64,000 bases of DNA from the human T2T-CHM13v2.0 reference genome, Homo sapiens: assembly GCF_009914755.1 (NCBI RefSeq), contig NC_060934.1. One strand, 5' to 3'. Every line of letters begins with the position of its first letter. Position 1 is the stretch's first letter. The translations under genes were made by a program, and so were the position numbers. Of this stretch, positions 30,891 to 53,199 are shown piece by piece. Under the pieces are notes generated by a model, which did no database searches, was not told the origin of the DNA, and saw only the letters and a list, made by a program, of their open reading frames with translations.

Positions 30891-31237
<347 letters not shown>

Positions 31238-31814
31238 TAGGACAGATAATCAAGAGGTGAGAGATGGGATCTGTCTTCTATTATTTTCAAGGAAAAAGTT
31301 AAGATCCCTCTTCAGCTGCTCCCGAGTTTTATTATGTGAATTAGACCATGTATTAGGACATAAACCAAGACACAAGGCCTGTCACTGAGGGGAGAGAGCA
31401 GGCCTCTCTTGGGACAGCAGCGGTAGGGGCATGAACTGTATCTAGTAGAAACCAAATGTTTGGCTTTCCAGGAGAAATACCCGCATTTCTCCTGTGGTTT
31501 GTATTTATCCCCTGGGTTGTCTTTTAGTGTTTTGGAAAGACATTTTAATGAACCAGTCTTCCTCAGCTATTTTTAGAAAATCCCAGGTGTGGGCTTGCTT
31601 ACAGGTAAAAAGGTAATATGGGCCAGCTGTAAGAATAAGTAAGGACTCCAATGATCCAATCAGGCCAAGAGATACAATTGGAAAAATGCAGTCACCTATC
31701 CCTCCCCACCTGGAGCTCTTCCAGGTTTAGCGAACCTCAAAGGTTCTGAGTTAAATTATTAAGCCCCCTAAATATTTCAAGCATGGGAGAAATAGAGCGA
31801 TAAACTGGTCACAC

Positions 31815-31960
31815 CATGAACTTTGGAGTCAGGAACACCCGGTTTTAGTGTTGTGTTATTTCCTAGTTTTCCACTCTGAACCTGTCTTTACATTCATAAA
31901 TGGGAACAATAATGCATGGCTCACTGAGTTATTTAGAGTTTTAAAAAATAAAATAAAATA
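31815..31960 (+). mobile_element. MIR SINE
   Basis: gaactttggagtcagg...ctctgaacctgtctttacattcataaatgggaacaataat. Confidence 0.55.
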
Positions 31961-32048
31961 GTGTATGGATCATAGGAGATATCCAAATGTTAATTCTCTT
32001 CCTCAGAACTCCCTGCTTCCTCAGGGAACATCTTCTATTTTTGGATAA

Positions 32049-32639
32049 GGTATTAGTTTTCTGTTGCTGTCATAAGAAATCACCAAAAATTTACTAGTAT
32101 TAAACTAAATTAATGTGCATTATTAAAATATACATTAATTATATTACAGTTCTGTACAGATGAGAGTCCAGCACAGGACTCACCAAACTAGAACCAAGGT
32201 ATCAGCAAGCTGCATTCCTTTCTGGAGGTAGAATTTCTTTTCCGTTTCTCCAGGCTGTTGGGAGAGTTCAGCTCCTGTGGTCATGAGACTAAGGTCTCTA
32301 TTTTCTTGCTGGTTATAAACTAACAGGCATTCGCACTTCTGGAGACCACTGCATTCCCGGACTTTTGGTCTCTTTCCTCCATCTCCAAAGCCAACAACGC
32401 TGGCAGGTTGAGTCTTTCTCACATTCCATCTTTCTGAACCATTCTTCTGCCTCCCTCTTCCACTATTAATCGTGTAATTAGATTGGGCCCAACCAGATAA
32501 TCCCAAGTTATCTCCTCATCATGAGATCCATTATCTTCATCATATCTTCAGAGTCCCTCTTGCCATATAACATAACATATACACAGGTTTCAGGGATGTG
32601 GGTGTGGCATCCTTTTCAGGAATTATTCTGCCTACCACA
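32049..32639 (-). mobile_element. MLT1D-like (ERVL-MaLR) solo LTR
   Basis: gtattagttttctgttgctg...attattctgcctaccaca; TSD gataa/gatac. Confidence 0.82.
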
Positions 32640-32652
32640 GATACTGATCTGA

Positions 32653-33177
<525 letters not shown>

Positions 33178-33189
33178 TGAAATATGTAA

Positions 33190-33410
33190 TGGCAATGGTG
33201 ACAATAATAGCGACAATGATAAGTGCAACTTATTGTGTGTTTTATTTTGCATCTTGCATGCTGCCAAGCATCACGTATGTATAGATGTAACACATGGCAC
33301 ACATGACCTAACCCAATCTTCATGACAGCCCCGTCAGGTAGGGTCTAATCATTGTCTTATGGATGAAGAGACAGCCAAAGAAAGGTGACACCAATTTCTC
33401 AAGGTTTTAT
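33190..33410 (-). mobile_element. MIR SINE
   Basis: aatcttcatgacagccccgtcaggtagg...ttatggatgaagagacag. Confidence 0.6.
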
Positions 33411-33912
33411 GGAACCTGCACTCTTATCTTACAAGCACTGGAGCCTTTGGTCTCTTCCTTGCTCAGCATTCTGACTTATCCTCTGCCTGACGCTCTTCTT
33501 CTTGGACCTTCCCCTTTTCCTTGGGATTTTCTATTTTAGCTTCACTTCAGCTGCCCCTCTTCCCCAGTCACCTCAACCACCTTGCAATCTTTATTAGTGA
33601 CAATTACCTAAAAGGATTCTCTTTCCCTCCCCTATCTGTGGCCTTGTGAGGGCAGAGTAAATTTTAATAATTGATGATCATGGAGGAAAATAAACTTTCC
33701 CAGAATAAGCACTGTTGTGGACGACAAGGTCTAATACCCTTGATTTGTGGTTTGCACAGACTTTTCTCTTACTTCTCTTTTTCTACCACAGGTCATAAGC
33801 ATTAGCGTTTTGTTGCTTGAAAATGTTGGACTTCCCTTGAAATACCATACAATGAAACATCGCAGATTTTCCTATCATTTCACATTTCATTTTACATCTT
33901 AGGAAGAGCTTT

Positions 33913-33914
<2 letters not shown>

Positions 33915-33948
<34 letters not shown>
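33915..33948. repeat. Pure poly(T) tract, 34 nt
   Basis: Direct reading. Confidence 0.9.
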
Positions 33949-33949
<1 letters not shown>

Positions 33950-34908
33950 GCTTGTGAAGACCTTGGCCTGCAACTCAAGGAATGGAGTTGTTTTTGTACA
34001 ATTTAAATAATGTTTCTCCACCACTTGAGACAGCAAAATTCAAAGGAGAGACATGCTATGGAAATAAACTTGGTATTGCAATGTGAGAGTAGTCAACATA
34101 TATCAAAAGGTATTCCAACTGGACGATGCTGGGACCAATGTGGAGCCACTGGAGCAAAACCTTCACCTCTTCTGCAGGCCGGTAGGTCAAGGGAAGTGTG
34201 TCAGGAGGTGCAGCCCAGAGCCCTTTTACTCATTTCTCTTTTCCCTGAAGCTTTCCCCAGACACCTCATCTATTTCAAACTGAGCTCTCTGGGCCAGAAA
34301 TCACAGTCACGGTGTCCTTCTTGGAAAACGGCTTATGACTCAATGGCTGCCAAACTCAGCTCTTGGGCTGGAAGTGTTCTCACAGAAAGCCCTGGGGCCG
34401 TGGGGAGGATGGGAAGGAGTAAGTATCAGCAGGGTGATGGGAGTTCTCTGGGCTATTTGTGTGACTCATAAGGTATTAAAAATTAGGATAGTTCAGCTTT
34501 AACTTTTATAATAATATTTTTTATAAAAACAAGCAGGAATTGATTTGAGGCACCCTGGACGTGGCCACAGTGATTCCAGGCATGGGGCCTCAATTACTGT
34601 GCATTTGCATCAGGGTCCCCAGGGTTCTGAGTCAGGGAACCAATGCACACAACCAAACTCCCAGGAGACTGACTTTTCACAAACTTGCCAGTTTATTAAT
34701 GTATGGAGGTGAATATTTCTTAACAGAGAACCTGGAACACAAATACAATATAAACGTGGAGGAATTTAGACCTCCACATTTATACAATATAAATATGAGT
34801 GGTATTTCATATAGGTCTTAGTGAGGTCCAATCATTTCTGTCCCAAATGAGCAAGCATACGCCTAGCCACTTAGTCTTTTTGTTTGAATGACTGTCTCCC
34901 TTGAAAAG

Positions 34909-35435
34909 TGTAGCAGTTTTAAAACATGGCTACAAATTCTTTATCCTCTCCACAAAGATGAGATGACCTTTGTTCTATCTCCTTGAATTTCACTGAGTTT
35001 GTGACTTCTTCAAACAATAGAAACTAGAGGAAACACGTTATATTATACCTTCTGAAGCTAGGGCACTGCTGAAACATTCAGTCTTGCAGCCCTGAAACTC
35101 CATGCTGGAAGGATGCCCAAGCCACGTGGAGATGCCGCATGAGGTCCTCCAACCAACAGTCCCAGTGCGAAGTTCAGCTTTCAAGTCTTCCCAGCCCAGG
35201 AACCAGACATGTCTATAAAGAGGCTTCCAGATGATTACAGCCTTTGGTTATTGAAGTCACCTCCAGCCTTTTGAATCTACCCAGCTGAAGCCCTGGGCAC
35301 TGTGGAGCAGAGAAAAGCCATTTCCACAATACTCTAAATTCTTCACCCACGAAATCTGTAAGTCTAGGTATTTGGTTAGTGTGTATGCCTCTAAATCAGA
35401 GTTAGATTGTTATCCAGCAAGAACCAACCAGGACA
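34909..35435 (+). mobile_element. MLT1 (G/H-group) MaLR LTR
   Basis: tgtagcagttttaaaacatggctacaaattc...gattgttatccagcaagaaccaaccaggaca. Confidence 0.7.
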
Positions 35436-35944
35436 AAGCATTTGGGGTGTTAGCTGTCTGATTGGCTGTTATGCTTCTTTCTAGTCACAGTCTTTCTAGA
35501 TAGGATCTGCTCAGAACTCAGATTAGCAAAGTTGACTCATTTCTGCTGTTTCCTGTGTGAAGTTATTTGAGGCCATGTGGATTCTAATTTGAGTTTTTCC
35601 AAAACTGTCAAATGTATAAATAATCTCATTTGCTCCCGAAGATCACAAGTCATATTAATTCTATATGTGTGCTGTTAATTTAAATTGGAAACGTAAACTC
35701 TATTTCTCTCACTTGCCACTGCTTGGACTGCACCTCCCTGTGACTTTCAGATTTCTAACAAGCCTGAAAAATTAAAAGGAGACAGCAGTTAACAGGAGAG
35801 CAAATAGAACTCAGCCCCAAAATAAAATCTCAACTCAAGGGACAAGTCATTATTACTTCTGAAAATCAACAACAGTAAGGATATGACTTGTACTTTATAG
35901 AATCAGTCTGCTTGTTTTCAAGGTTTTATTCCCATGAAGTCTCT

Positions 35945-42707
<6,763 letters not shown>

Positions 42708-42788
42708 AAGACCTCAACCTACTTTTTTAAAGAGAGATACTTTTGATCTACAATATGAATTTGATTTTTAATCACATAGATCGCATAG

Positions 42789-43073
42789 TTTTCCGAAAAG
42801 CTGTGTGATGTGATTTGGGGATTGGGAAATTGGTAAGGCAAGTTCTTGTTAAATATTAAATTATAAAAGACAAGCTGTAGTTTGTCTTTGGACAGGAAAA
42901 TAGAGGATCTTTCTTTACTTCTTAAGTATTTATTGAGAGCTCAGAATAAGCCTAACAAGGAGAAATTACAAAGATACAATGTCTGGTTTCTTAAGAGCTT
43001 GTTATTTTGGTGAGTATAGAAAATCATGGAAGGATGATATGTTAAACATCCAGTTAATTATAACACAAAGAAC
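42789..43073 (+). repeat. Copy 1 of a ~280-bp local direct duplication
   Basis: About 90% identical to 44401-44676 by manual alignment. Confidence 0.93.
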
Positions 43074-44320
43074 AACAATCTCAAGGCCATAAGAAAGGTA
43101 TAAAACATAACTAATTAAAGGACAGTTATAATAAAATAATAATTATTTAAATAAAGATTTCACAAAGTAGAATCCGTGCCATAACAAAGGTAAAGAAAAT
43201 AATCCTATCAACAAATTTAGATTAAATACAGGAGAGGTATTTTGCCAAAATAATATTTTCAAATTAAGGATAACTTTCTTTTTGATCAGCCACTAAATGT
43301 TACCAATATTTGAAATTATATTTAGTTAGGTAGAGTAAGATATCCTGCAGAACAGACTTTTGGAAGAGTCTGGAAAATTATATACACTGGGCAATCGCTG
43401 TACATGACTGTTTTACAGCTGCCTCTGCAAGGAAAATTTGTTCTTTCTTCTGGCCACCTCTCATTCTGTCAATGCCTCATAAAATATAGACATGAAACGT
43501 AAATATCCCACACCATTATGTGGTGATTCCTCAGAAAATGGAATATGGTGAAATTGTATTTTGGCATTTCTGCCTTGATTCCAAAAGTGGTCCACACTTA
43601 CAGGCACATCTGCCTTGGCACCATGGACCACATTTCCTTTCTAATCCCTCATCAACAACTAATGACAATTAAAATTTACCATAAAGAAGGCATTTTCCAA
43701 AACAGATTGACTTCAAATTAGGCATTAATGTGCATGTAGGTGGTATAAAAATGCAATGATCCAGAAGGCAATTTATATATTTAATGAATTCCAGCATGTA
43801 TAATGAATTCTATGCATTGGCACACTTTAATGTAAGGTTTTTGAAAAGAAGATATTCAAGAATGTCACATCAAAACTACTGAGCAGCTGTGATGGAATCC
43901 TTGAAGACTACTTTAAAGATGATACTAGTACTCCCAGTTCTAACCTCCTGCAGACAATTTAACATACAACTCAAGCGCTATGCATGAAAATCCTTCCCTC
44001 TCCTTCTCCAGCCAAACTCATTTGAAAGAATATGGAACTAGCCCAGGATATTTCTTTAGGGGCAAAAGAAAAACATGTGTAACTATTTTTTCATCACCTT
44101 AGTCATCTGAGACTCCCACTGAGAATGCTTGTAGGGGGAAAGAGAAAAGAACAATTACTATCTCCAAGGACAAGAAAAGAGCACGTCAAGATGGGTGCCT
44201 TCTTTCCAATTCACTCCTGGAGACCTTAGCTTTATGAAAAATGCTGCCAGACATCTATTCCATTAAGGAAATCTAGATGAGGCTGTTTCCATCAATCTCT
44301 CCACTGACTTTCTTCTGTAA

Positions 44321-44369
44321 TACATACACATAAACATGCACACACACACACACACACGCACCGACACAC
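44321..44369. repeat. (CA)n microsatellite
   Basis: Direct reading. Confidence 0.9.
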
Positions 44370-44400
44370 TGATTAAACATGACATTTTGTGTATTGGCTA

Positions 44401-44676
44401 TTTTTCCCAAAAACTGTGATGTGGGGATTGGGAAACTAGTATGGCAAGTTCTTGTTAAATATTAAAGTATAAAAGATAAGCTGTGGTTTGTCTTTGGACA
44501 GGAAGATAAAGGATCTTTCTTTACTTGTTAAGTATTTGAGAGCCCAGAATGAGTCTGACACAGTGAAATTACAAAGACATAATGTCTGGTTTCCTAAGAG
44601 CTTGTTATTTCGGTGGGTATAGAAAATCATGGAAGGATGATCTGTTAAACATCCATTTAATTGTAACACAAAGAAC
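44401..44676 (+). repeat. Copy 2 of the ~280-bp local direct duplication
   Basis: About 90% identical to 42789-43073. Confidence 0.93.
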
Positions 44677-45404
44677 GAATAAGACAGGGAGAGAGTTGTC
44701 AGAGTCTTTGTTCTTCTTTTTGCCACAATCTTTCTAAGCTTTGCACCCAGCATCCTCCTGCCAGTAATCTTCCCTGACCACCAGGTGGACACTCCTTGCT
44801 TGCAAGGGTGGCTTTACCAGTTAGAGTGAGCTTTTTCACCCTCCTGTTTTGTCTTTGGATAAATAAGGACAAATATTTTGAGTTATCTCTTTGGCCTTAA
44901 AATAGGTTCTGTCATTGGCCAGAGAAGCAGGAATTCCCAGTTTATAAATCTCATTGCATATGGGTCAATCAGACAACTTTGTGAACATTGCTCCAGCAAT
45001 GTCCAGGCAGGCTTTGGGGCTTTAACATGGTGAGAAAGACCTGCCTGAGGTTGGACAACAGGAACCAGAATTGCTCTGGGACTTCCTTTCTGGCCCACGA
45101 AAGCCTTGCATATGCAGTCTTCTCTGACTGCTTTGGGTGAAGCTGTAGTCCTTGAGTGTGAGACTCTCCTTACACTCACAGGTTTCTGAGAACCCATCGT
45201 AACCATTATGGGATACCACCATAACATATTATATGCCTTGTCTTATATTATTTTTTCATCCACTAGACTATGAGTCCATCAAAAGTAGGGATTTGTCTGT
45301 AATTCAGGTTAATACAATAATGAAAGCAATAACAACAGCTTGTATTGAATTCTTACTGTGAATCTGCACTGTGTCAAGTGAACTACACACATTGTTTCTG
45401 ACAT

Positions 45405-46290
45405 ATTGTAATTTCTGAAGATGGTCACAATATATTCCCCCATCTTACATGCACGTTATCAGTGTGCTATCGCCATTAACCCATCAAGGCTGGGATCAAT
45501 GTCCTTTCTTTTCAATCTGAATTGGCCTTAGTGACAGACTTGCAACCAATTGATTGTGGCAGCATGGATGCTCGTGTCTTCTGAGGCTGGCCCTGAAGAT
45601 TTATAACTTTGGTCTTGGTCTCCTTAAATATTCCCTGTTGGGGTGCCCCCTCTTAGAATCCAACTCCCATTCAATGGGAAGTCCAAGCCACATGGGGACA
45701 CCACATGTAGACACTCTAGTGCAGCAGTTCCCAACATTTTGGTACCAGGGACCGGTTTTGTGAACAATTTTTTCATGGATGAGAGGGATGGTTTCAGGAT
45801 GAAACTGCTCCACCGCAGATCATCAGGCATTAGTTAGATTCTCATAAGGAGTGCACAACCTAGTTCACTCGCATGTGCAGTTCCCTTTGGGTTCCTGCTC
45901 CTATGAGAATCTGATGCCGCCACTGATCTGACAGGAGGCAGAGCTCAGGTGGTAACGCTTGTTTACCTGACGCTCACCTCCTGCTGCGCAGCCCGGCTCC
46001 TAACAGATTGGTACTGGTTCGTGGCCTGGGGGCTGGGGACCCCAACTGTAGTGGACAGCTGAATCTGAGCCCACCCTCTGAGTAAACCAAGTGTAGGTGC
46101 CAGTCCTGTGAGCAAAGATACCTTCAGAATTTTCCAGCCCCAGCCATTTAAGTGTCCCTAGCTGAGGCCCTGTCTGCTGTGCCTTTTCTGAATTCCTGAC
46201 CCACATCTCTTGGGAGCACTAAAACTGCTGTACATTTTATAACACTAAGCTGGGGTGGGCTTGCTACTCAGCAATAGATAACCAAAACCC
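45405..46290 (+). mobile_element. MLT1 (G/H-group) LTR split by MER1B, itself inserted in a minus-strand MIR (~45310-45404 and ~46291-46345)
   Basis: aagatggtcaca...cccatcaagg...ttggccttagtgac; end ttgctactcagcaatagataaccaaaac. Confidence 0.72.
45722..46045 (-). mobile_element. MER1B (hAT-Charlie)
   Basis: gatcatcaggcattagttagattctcataaggag and gatctgacaggaggcagagctcagg; 8-bp TSD ctctagtg / ctgtagtg. Confidence 0.9.
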
Positions 46291-46473
46291 TTCCCAGTGC
46301 TATGAGGCAGGTACTATTATTATTCCCAACTTATGTGTAAGTATGTCGAGGCTGTTAATGGTTGATAAAAATAATAATGACAAAAGATATTTTTTGATCC
46401 CTTCTATGTGTCAGGGACTTTATGTAGATGATCTCATTTAAGGAACATGAAGCTCTGTGAAGTAAGCAATTTT

Positions 46474-48096
<1,623 letters not shown>

Positions 48097-49018
48097 TGAA
48101 GTAAGGAAATTTTAAGTCTCATATTTTACATGTGAGGGAATTGATGCTGAAAGAGATTCTTAACTGACCCAAAAATACACATCTAGCCATGAGAAGGTCA
48201 AGATTTGAACCCAAGCATTCCTTTCCAAAGAGTGAGGCATTTAACCATGATACCACAAATATATGCTGTAATTAACTGGATAAATAAAATAGTTGCTGTG
48301 TGGTAGAGTTTGAGCAGGAGCACAGGCCTGTCTGACTCTATCACCATATGTGACATGGTGACTGAACTGAAGAGTGATCCCTTAACATATCTGGGCATGA
48401 ATATCATAAGAAGACAAAGAAAATGGGTGTTTTTATTTGTTTGATTGTTTGTTTGTTTGTTTTTTCCTTATTTTTTGTCATTGCAGATTATATACAAAAA
48501 AAATACTTAGCCATATGACCTCATAAAAAAGATAGCATTGTCAGAATATGTCTGATAGCAAATATCTCTGTAGTATTTTAGGGGGCAAAGAGAAATGCTT
48601 CCTGTTTATGCATGAATCTTGAAAAAATTAATCAACCTGATACCAAAGGGTAATTTCAAATAATAATTATATCCAACAGGTTAACAGTCTTCTCATTACA
48701 AATAACCAAATTTTATGGAGATGAGGAAACAAGTATTATAATTAAGAGCAAGTGTAATCAGTGAAACCGATCAAATTTTGCTTAGACTGACTGACCAAGA
48801 GAAAAAGAAAGAAAATGCAAATCACTAAAATCAGAAAAGAAAGTGGTGACACTGCTACTGACTTTACAGAAATAAAAAGGAATTATAAGAGAAGACCAAA
48901 ACAAATGGACATCAAATTAGGTACCCTAGATAGAAGGCAAATTGCTAGAAACATACAATTACCAAAAGAAACTTGAGAAGAAATAATAATCAAAAATCTC
49001 CTAATAAAGAAAAGTCTA

Positions 49019-49362
<344 letters not shown>

Positions 49363-51079
49363 CTACCAACCACTTAAAGGAGAATTAACACCAGTTTTTC
49401 TCAAACTATTCAAAAAAGTTGAAGAGGAGGGAATAACCCTAATTCATTCTGTAAGGCAAAAATTACCCACAAAGCTAAGCAAAGATACCACAAGAAAAGC
49501 AAACTATAGACCAAAATACCTTATGAATATAGATGCAGAAATCCTCAACCAAATACTAGCAAACTAAATACAAGAGCATGAAAGGATTATACACCATGAC
49601 CAAATGGAAATTATCCCAGGAACACAAGGTTGATTAACATTAAAAAATCAATGTACTACAGTACACTAATAGATAAAAACAAACAAGAAAACACGATAGT
49701 CTCAACTGACATAGAAAAAGCATTTCACAAAATCCAAAACTTTTTATGATGAGAACATGCATAAAACTAGGAATACAAGGGAACTTCCTTGACAAGATAA
49801 AGAGCATTTACGAAAAACCCACAGGTAACAACATACTCAATGGTAAAAGACTGAAAGTTTCCCTGCTAAGACCAAGAATACAACAAGGATGCCTGCTTTC
49901 ACAGCTGCTTCTCAGCTTTGTACAGAAAGCTCTACCCAGCATGCTTAAGCAAGAAAAAGAAATAAAAAGCATCTATATTGGAAAAGAAGTAACACTTTCT
50001 CTACTTGAAGATGGCATGTTTCTATATATAGAAAATCTCAAAGAATCCACAAAAATTTACTAAAGCTAAGAAACAAATTTAGCAAAATTGCAGGTTGCAA
50101 GATCAACACACACAAAAATCAGTTGTGTTGATTTCTGTCCACACCAGCAATGGACTATCCAAAAAACAAATTAAGAAAACAATACCATTTGTTATATATC
50201 AAAAATAATGAAATTTTTATGAATAAATTTAACAAAAGAGCCCTGAAACTTATAACCTGAAATCTACAAAACATTACTGAAAGAACTTAAAGAAGACTTA
50301 AATGGAAAGACCACCCACCACGTTCATGAACTGGAAGATAGTATCTTTAAGATAGCAACACTACCCAAAGTGATCTACAGATTCAGTGCAATTCCCGTTA
50401 AAATTTCAATGGCCTTTTTTGGCGGGGTAGAAATGGAAAATTCAATCCTCAAATTCATATAAAATTATAAGAAGCCCCTAGTAGTCAAAACATTGAAAAA
50501 GAAGATCAAAGTTGAACAACTCACATGTTTTTACTATAAAACTTACCACAAAACTACAGTAATCTAAGCAGTGTGGTAAAGGCATAAGGCTATACATGTA
50601 GACCAATAGATTTAAGAGTTCAAAAATAAATTTATACATCTGTGGTCAATTGATTTTCAACAACAGTACCAAGACCATTGAGGGGAGAGAAAAACAGTCT
50701 TTTCAACTAGTGGTGCTAGGACAACTGGATATTTACATGAAAAAGAATGAAGTTGAACCTTTACCTCACATTATACACAAAAATTAATTCCAAATGCATT
50801 AAGGACCTAAATGTAAGAGCTAGAACCATAAAACTCTTAGAAGAAACAACAAGGTTAAATGTTTATCACATTAGATTTGACAATAAATTCCTTGATAGGA
50901 CACCAAAAGCACAAACAACAGAAGAAAAAATAAATCAGACTCTGTCAAAATTGAAAAGATTTAATGACATTGTCAAAAAAGTGAAAAGACAATCTATAGA
51001 ATGGAAAGAAGATATTTGCAAATCATACTTCTGATAAGAGTTTAGTATCCAGAATATATGAAGAATACTTAGAACTAAA

Positions 51080-51981
51080 TATTAGAGAGATAGCTGGAAA
51101 ATCTCAAAATACTTGGAGATTAATCAACATACTTCTAAATAACAGTTTAATCAAAGAAAAAATCTCAGGAGAAATTTTAAAATATTTTGAACTAAATGAA
51201 AATGAAAATAGAACTTATCAAAATGTGTGAAACACAGCAAAAGCAGTGCTTAGATGGAAATGTATAACATTGAATGCATGCATTAGAAAAGATTTCAATT
51301 CATAAATCTAAGATTTCACTTTAGAAAACTTAAAGAAAATAAAATCCAAAGTAAGCATAAGAAAAGTAAATTTAAAGCAGAAATCAATGAAATTGAGAAT
51401 ATGAAATTAACAAAGAAAATCAATGAAAGCAAAGGTTGGTTATTTGAAAAGATCAATAAATTTGATAAATATCTTTCCAGGCCAACTAAGAAAAGAAGAG
51501 AAAAGACACAAATTTCTAATATCTGAAATGAAAGAGGGACCATCACTACAGATTCCTCTAGATATTAAAAAGCTAATAAAAGAATACTATGAAAAACTCT
51601 ATGTCTCAAAGTTTGATAACTTAGATGAAATGGACCAATTCCCTGAAAGGCACAATCTGCAAAACTCATATAAAAAAGAAATAGACACTCTGAATAAGTG
51701 TATATACATTAAAGCAATTGAAGCAATAATTAATAATCTTCCAAAAAGGAAAGCACAAGACACAGATGGGTTAAATTCTAGCAAGCATTTAGGGAATAAA
51801 TTATACCAGCTCTCTGAAATCTCTTCCACAATATGGCAGCAGAGGGAACACTTTCTAATTCATTTTATGAGGTCAACATTGTGCTAATATGAAAACCAAG
51901 CAGACATTACAAGAAAGAAGAAAATTGCATAGAACATAATGTAATGTTCATCTTATGAACATGGATGCATAAAAAATCCCC
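51080..51981 (+). mobile_element. Internal L1 ORF2 fragment (post-endonuclease to pre-RT) nested in the L1MB, without 3'UTR or poly-A
   Basis: Peptide IKEYYEKLYVSKFDNLDEMDQF; host ORF2 resumes in order at ~51989; AACTAAA at 51073 and 51982. Confidence 0.75.
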
Positions 51982-53199
51982 AACTAAACAACAAAAGAAC
52001 AAAAGACTCGGTTAAAAAGTGGCTAAAGGACTTGAGTAGACATATCTTCAAAGAAGAAAAACAAGTGGCCAAAAAGTAACACAAAGATGTTCACCATCAT
52101 TAGTCATCAGGGAAATGCATACTGAAAGTATAACATGACACCATTTCATACCCACTAGAATGGCTATCATTTTAAAAGTGAAGAAAAATATTGATGAGGA
52201 TGTGAAGAAAATGGAACTCTTGTACACTGGTGGTGAGAATGTAAAACATTCAGCTACTATGAAAAGCACTTGGCAATACCTCTAAGTATTAAACCTGGAA
52301 TTACTATAAGACCCAGCAATTCCACTTTTGGGTATGTGCTCAAAAAGAATTGAAAACATGTACTCAAACAAATAATTGTACGTGAATGTTCATACTAGCA
52401 CTATACACGATAGTCACAAGTAGAAACAATGAAAACATCCCAAATGTCCATCAACAAATGAATGGATTTTTTAAAATCCTGTAATATGATACATAGATAT
52501 AAATATGAGTATTATTCTGCTATAAAAAGGAATGAAGTTCTGATATATGCTATGACATGGATCAACTTCAAAAGCTAAACAAAAGAGGCCAGACAAAAAG
52601 GTCACATCTTTTATGATTCCATTTATATTAGATGACATATCCAGCCTAGGTAATTCCTCACTGACACAAAGCAGGTTGGTGGTTTCCAACAGCTGGGAAG
52701 AGGAGGGAATATGGAGTAACTGCCTCATGGGTCTGGGGTTTCATTTTGGAGTGATGAAAATGTTTTGGAACTAGATAGAGGTGGTGGTTTCACAACATGC
52801 AAATGTATTAAATGTCAGTGAGATATTTACTTTAAAATGATTAATTTTATGTTGTGTGAATTTCACTTTAAAAAGAGCAACGTGGCAGTTGCTGTGATTT
52901 ACAATACCACATGAGTTGCAGGGTTTTCAGCTTCATATACCTGTCAGGACGCAGGTGGGGAAGGAAAGTGGAAACTCCTAACACTACCATCAAACACTGA
53001 AACTGACAGCTTGTGGCCAGAATCTGGGAGGAGCTAACTTTAAATACAAGGAGGTTGAGGTTAGACCGAGAAGAAGGATCTGTAGTCCACCGATAACTTA
53101 CCTCATAAATTAGAGCAGTCCTGCCCCTCTTCAAGAAGGTAATGAAATACTTGTTGGAAAACAGAATCTCTAACAACTTGCAACACTTAAAGGAGCAAA

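Noticed and set aside
31567-31576. Isolated MEF2 consensus CTATTTTTAG, and weak CTCF-like strings near 52 and 22215
   Set aside because: Single short motifs; the CTCF-like strings mismatch core positions. Not supportable without chromatin data.
33915-33948. Poly(T) as the tail of a truncated retro-insertion
   Set aside because: No adjacent element body and no convincing TSD.
34010-34471. 153-aa ORF, and the 138-140-aa ORFs at 18432 and 19091
   Set aside because: No recognisable homology or exon structure; lengths are within chance expectation for six frames of 64 kb with alternative starts.
42789-44676. Direct repeats read as the LTR pair of a new small retroelement
   Set aside because: Homology does not stop at TG..CA; no TSD, PBS, PPT or coding remnant seen. 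Kept as a local duplication instead.
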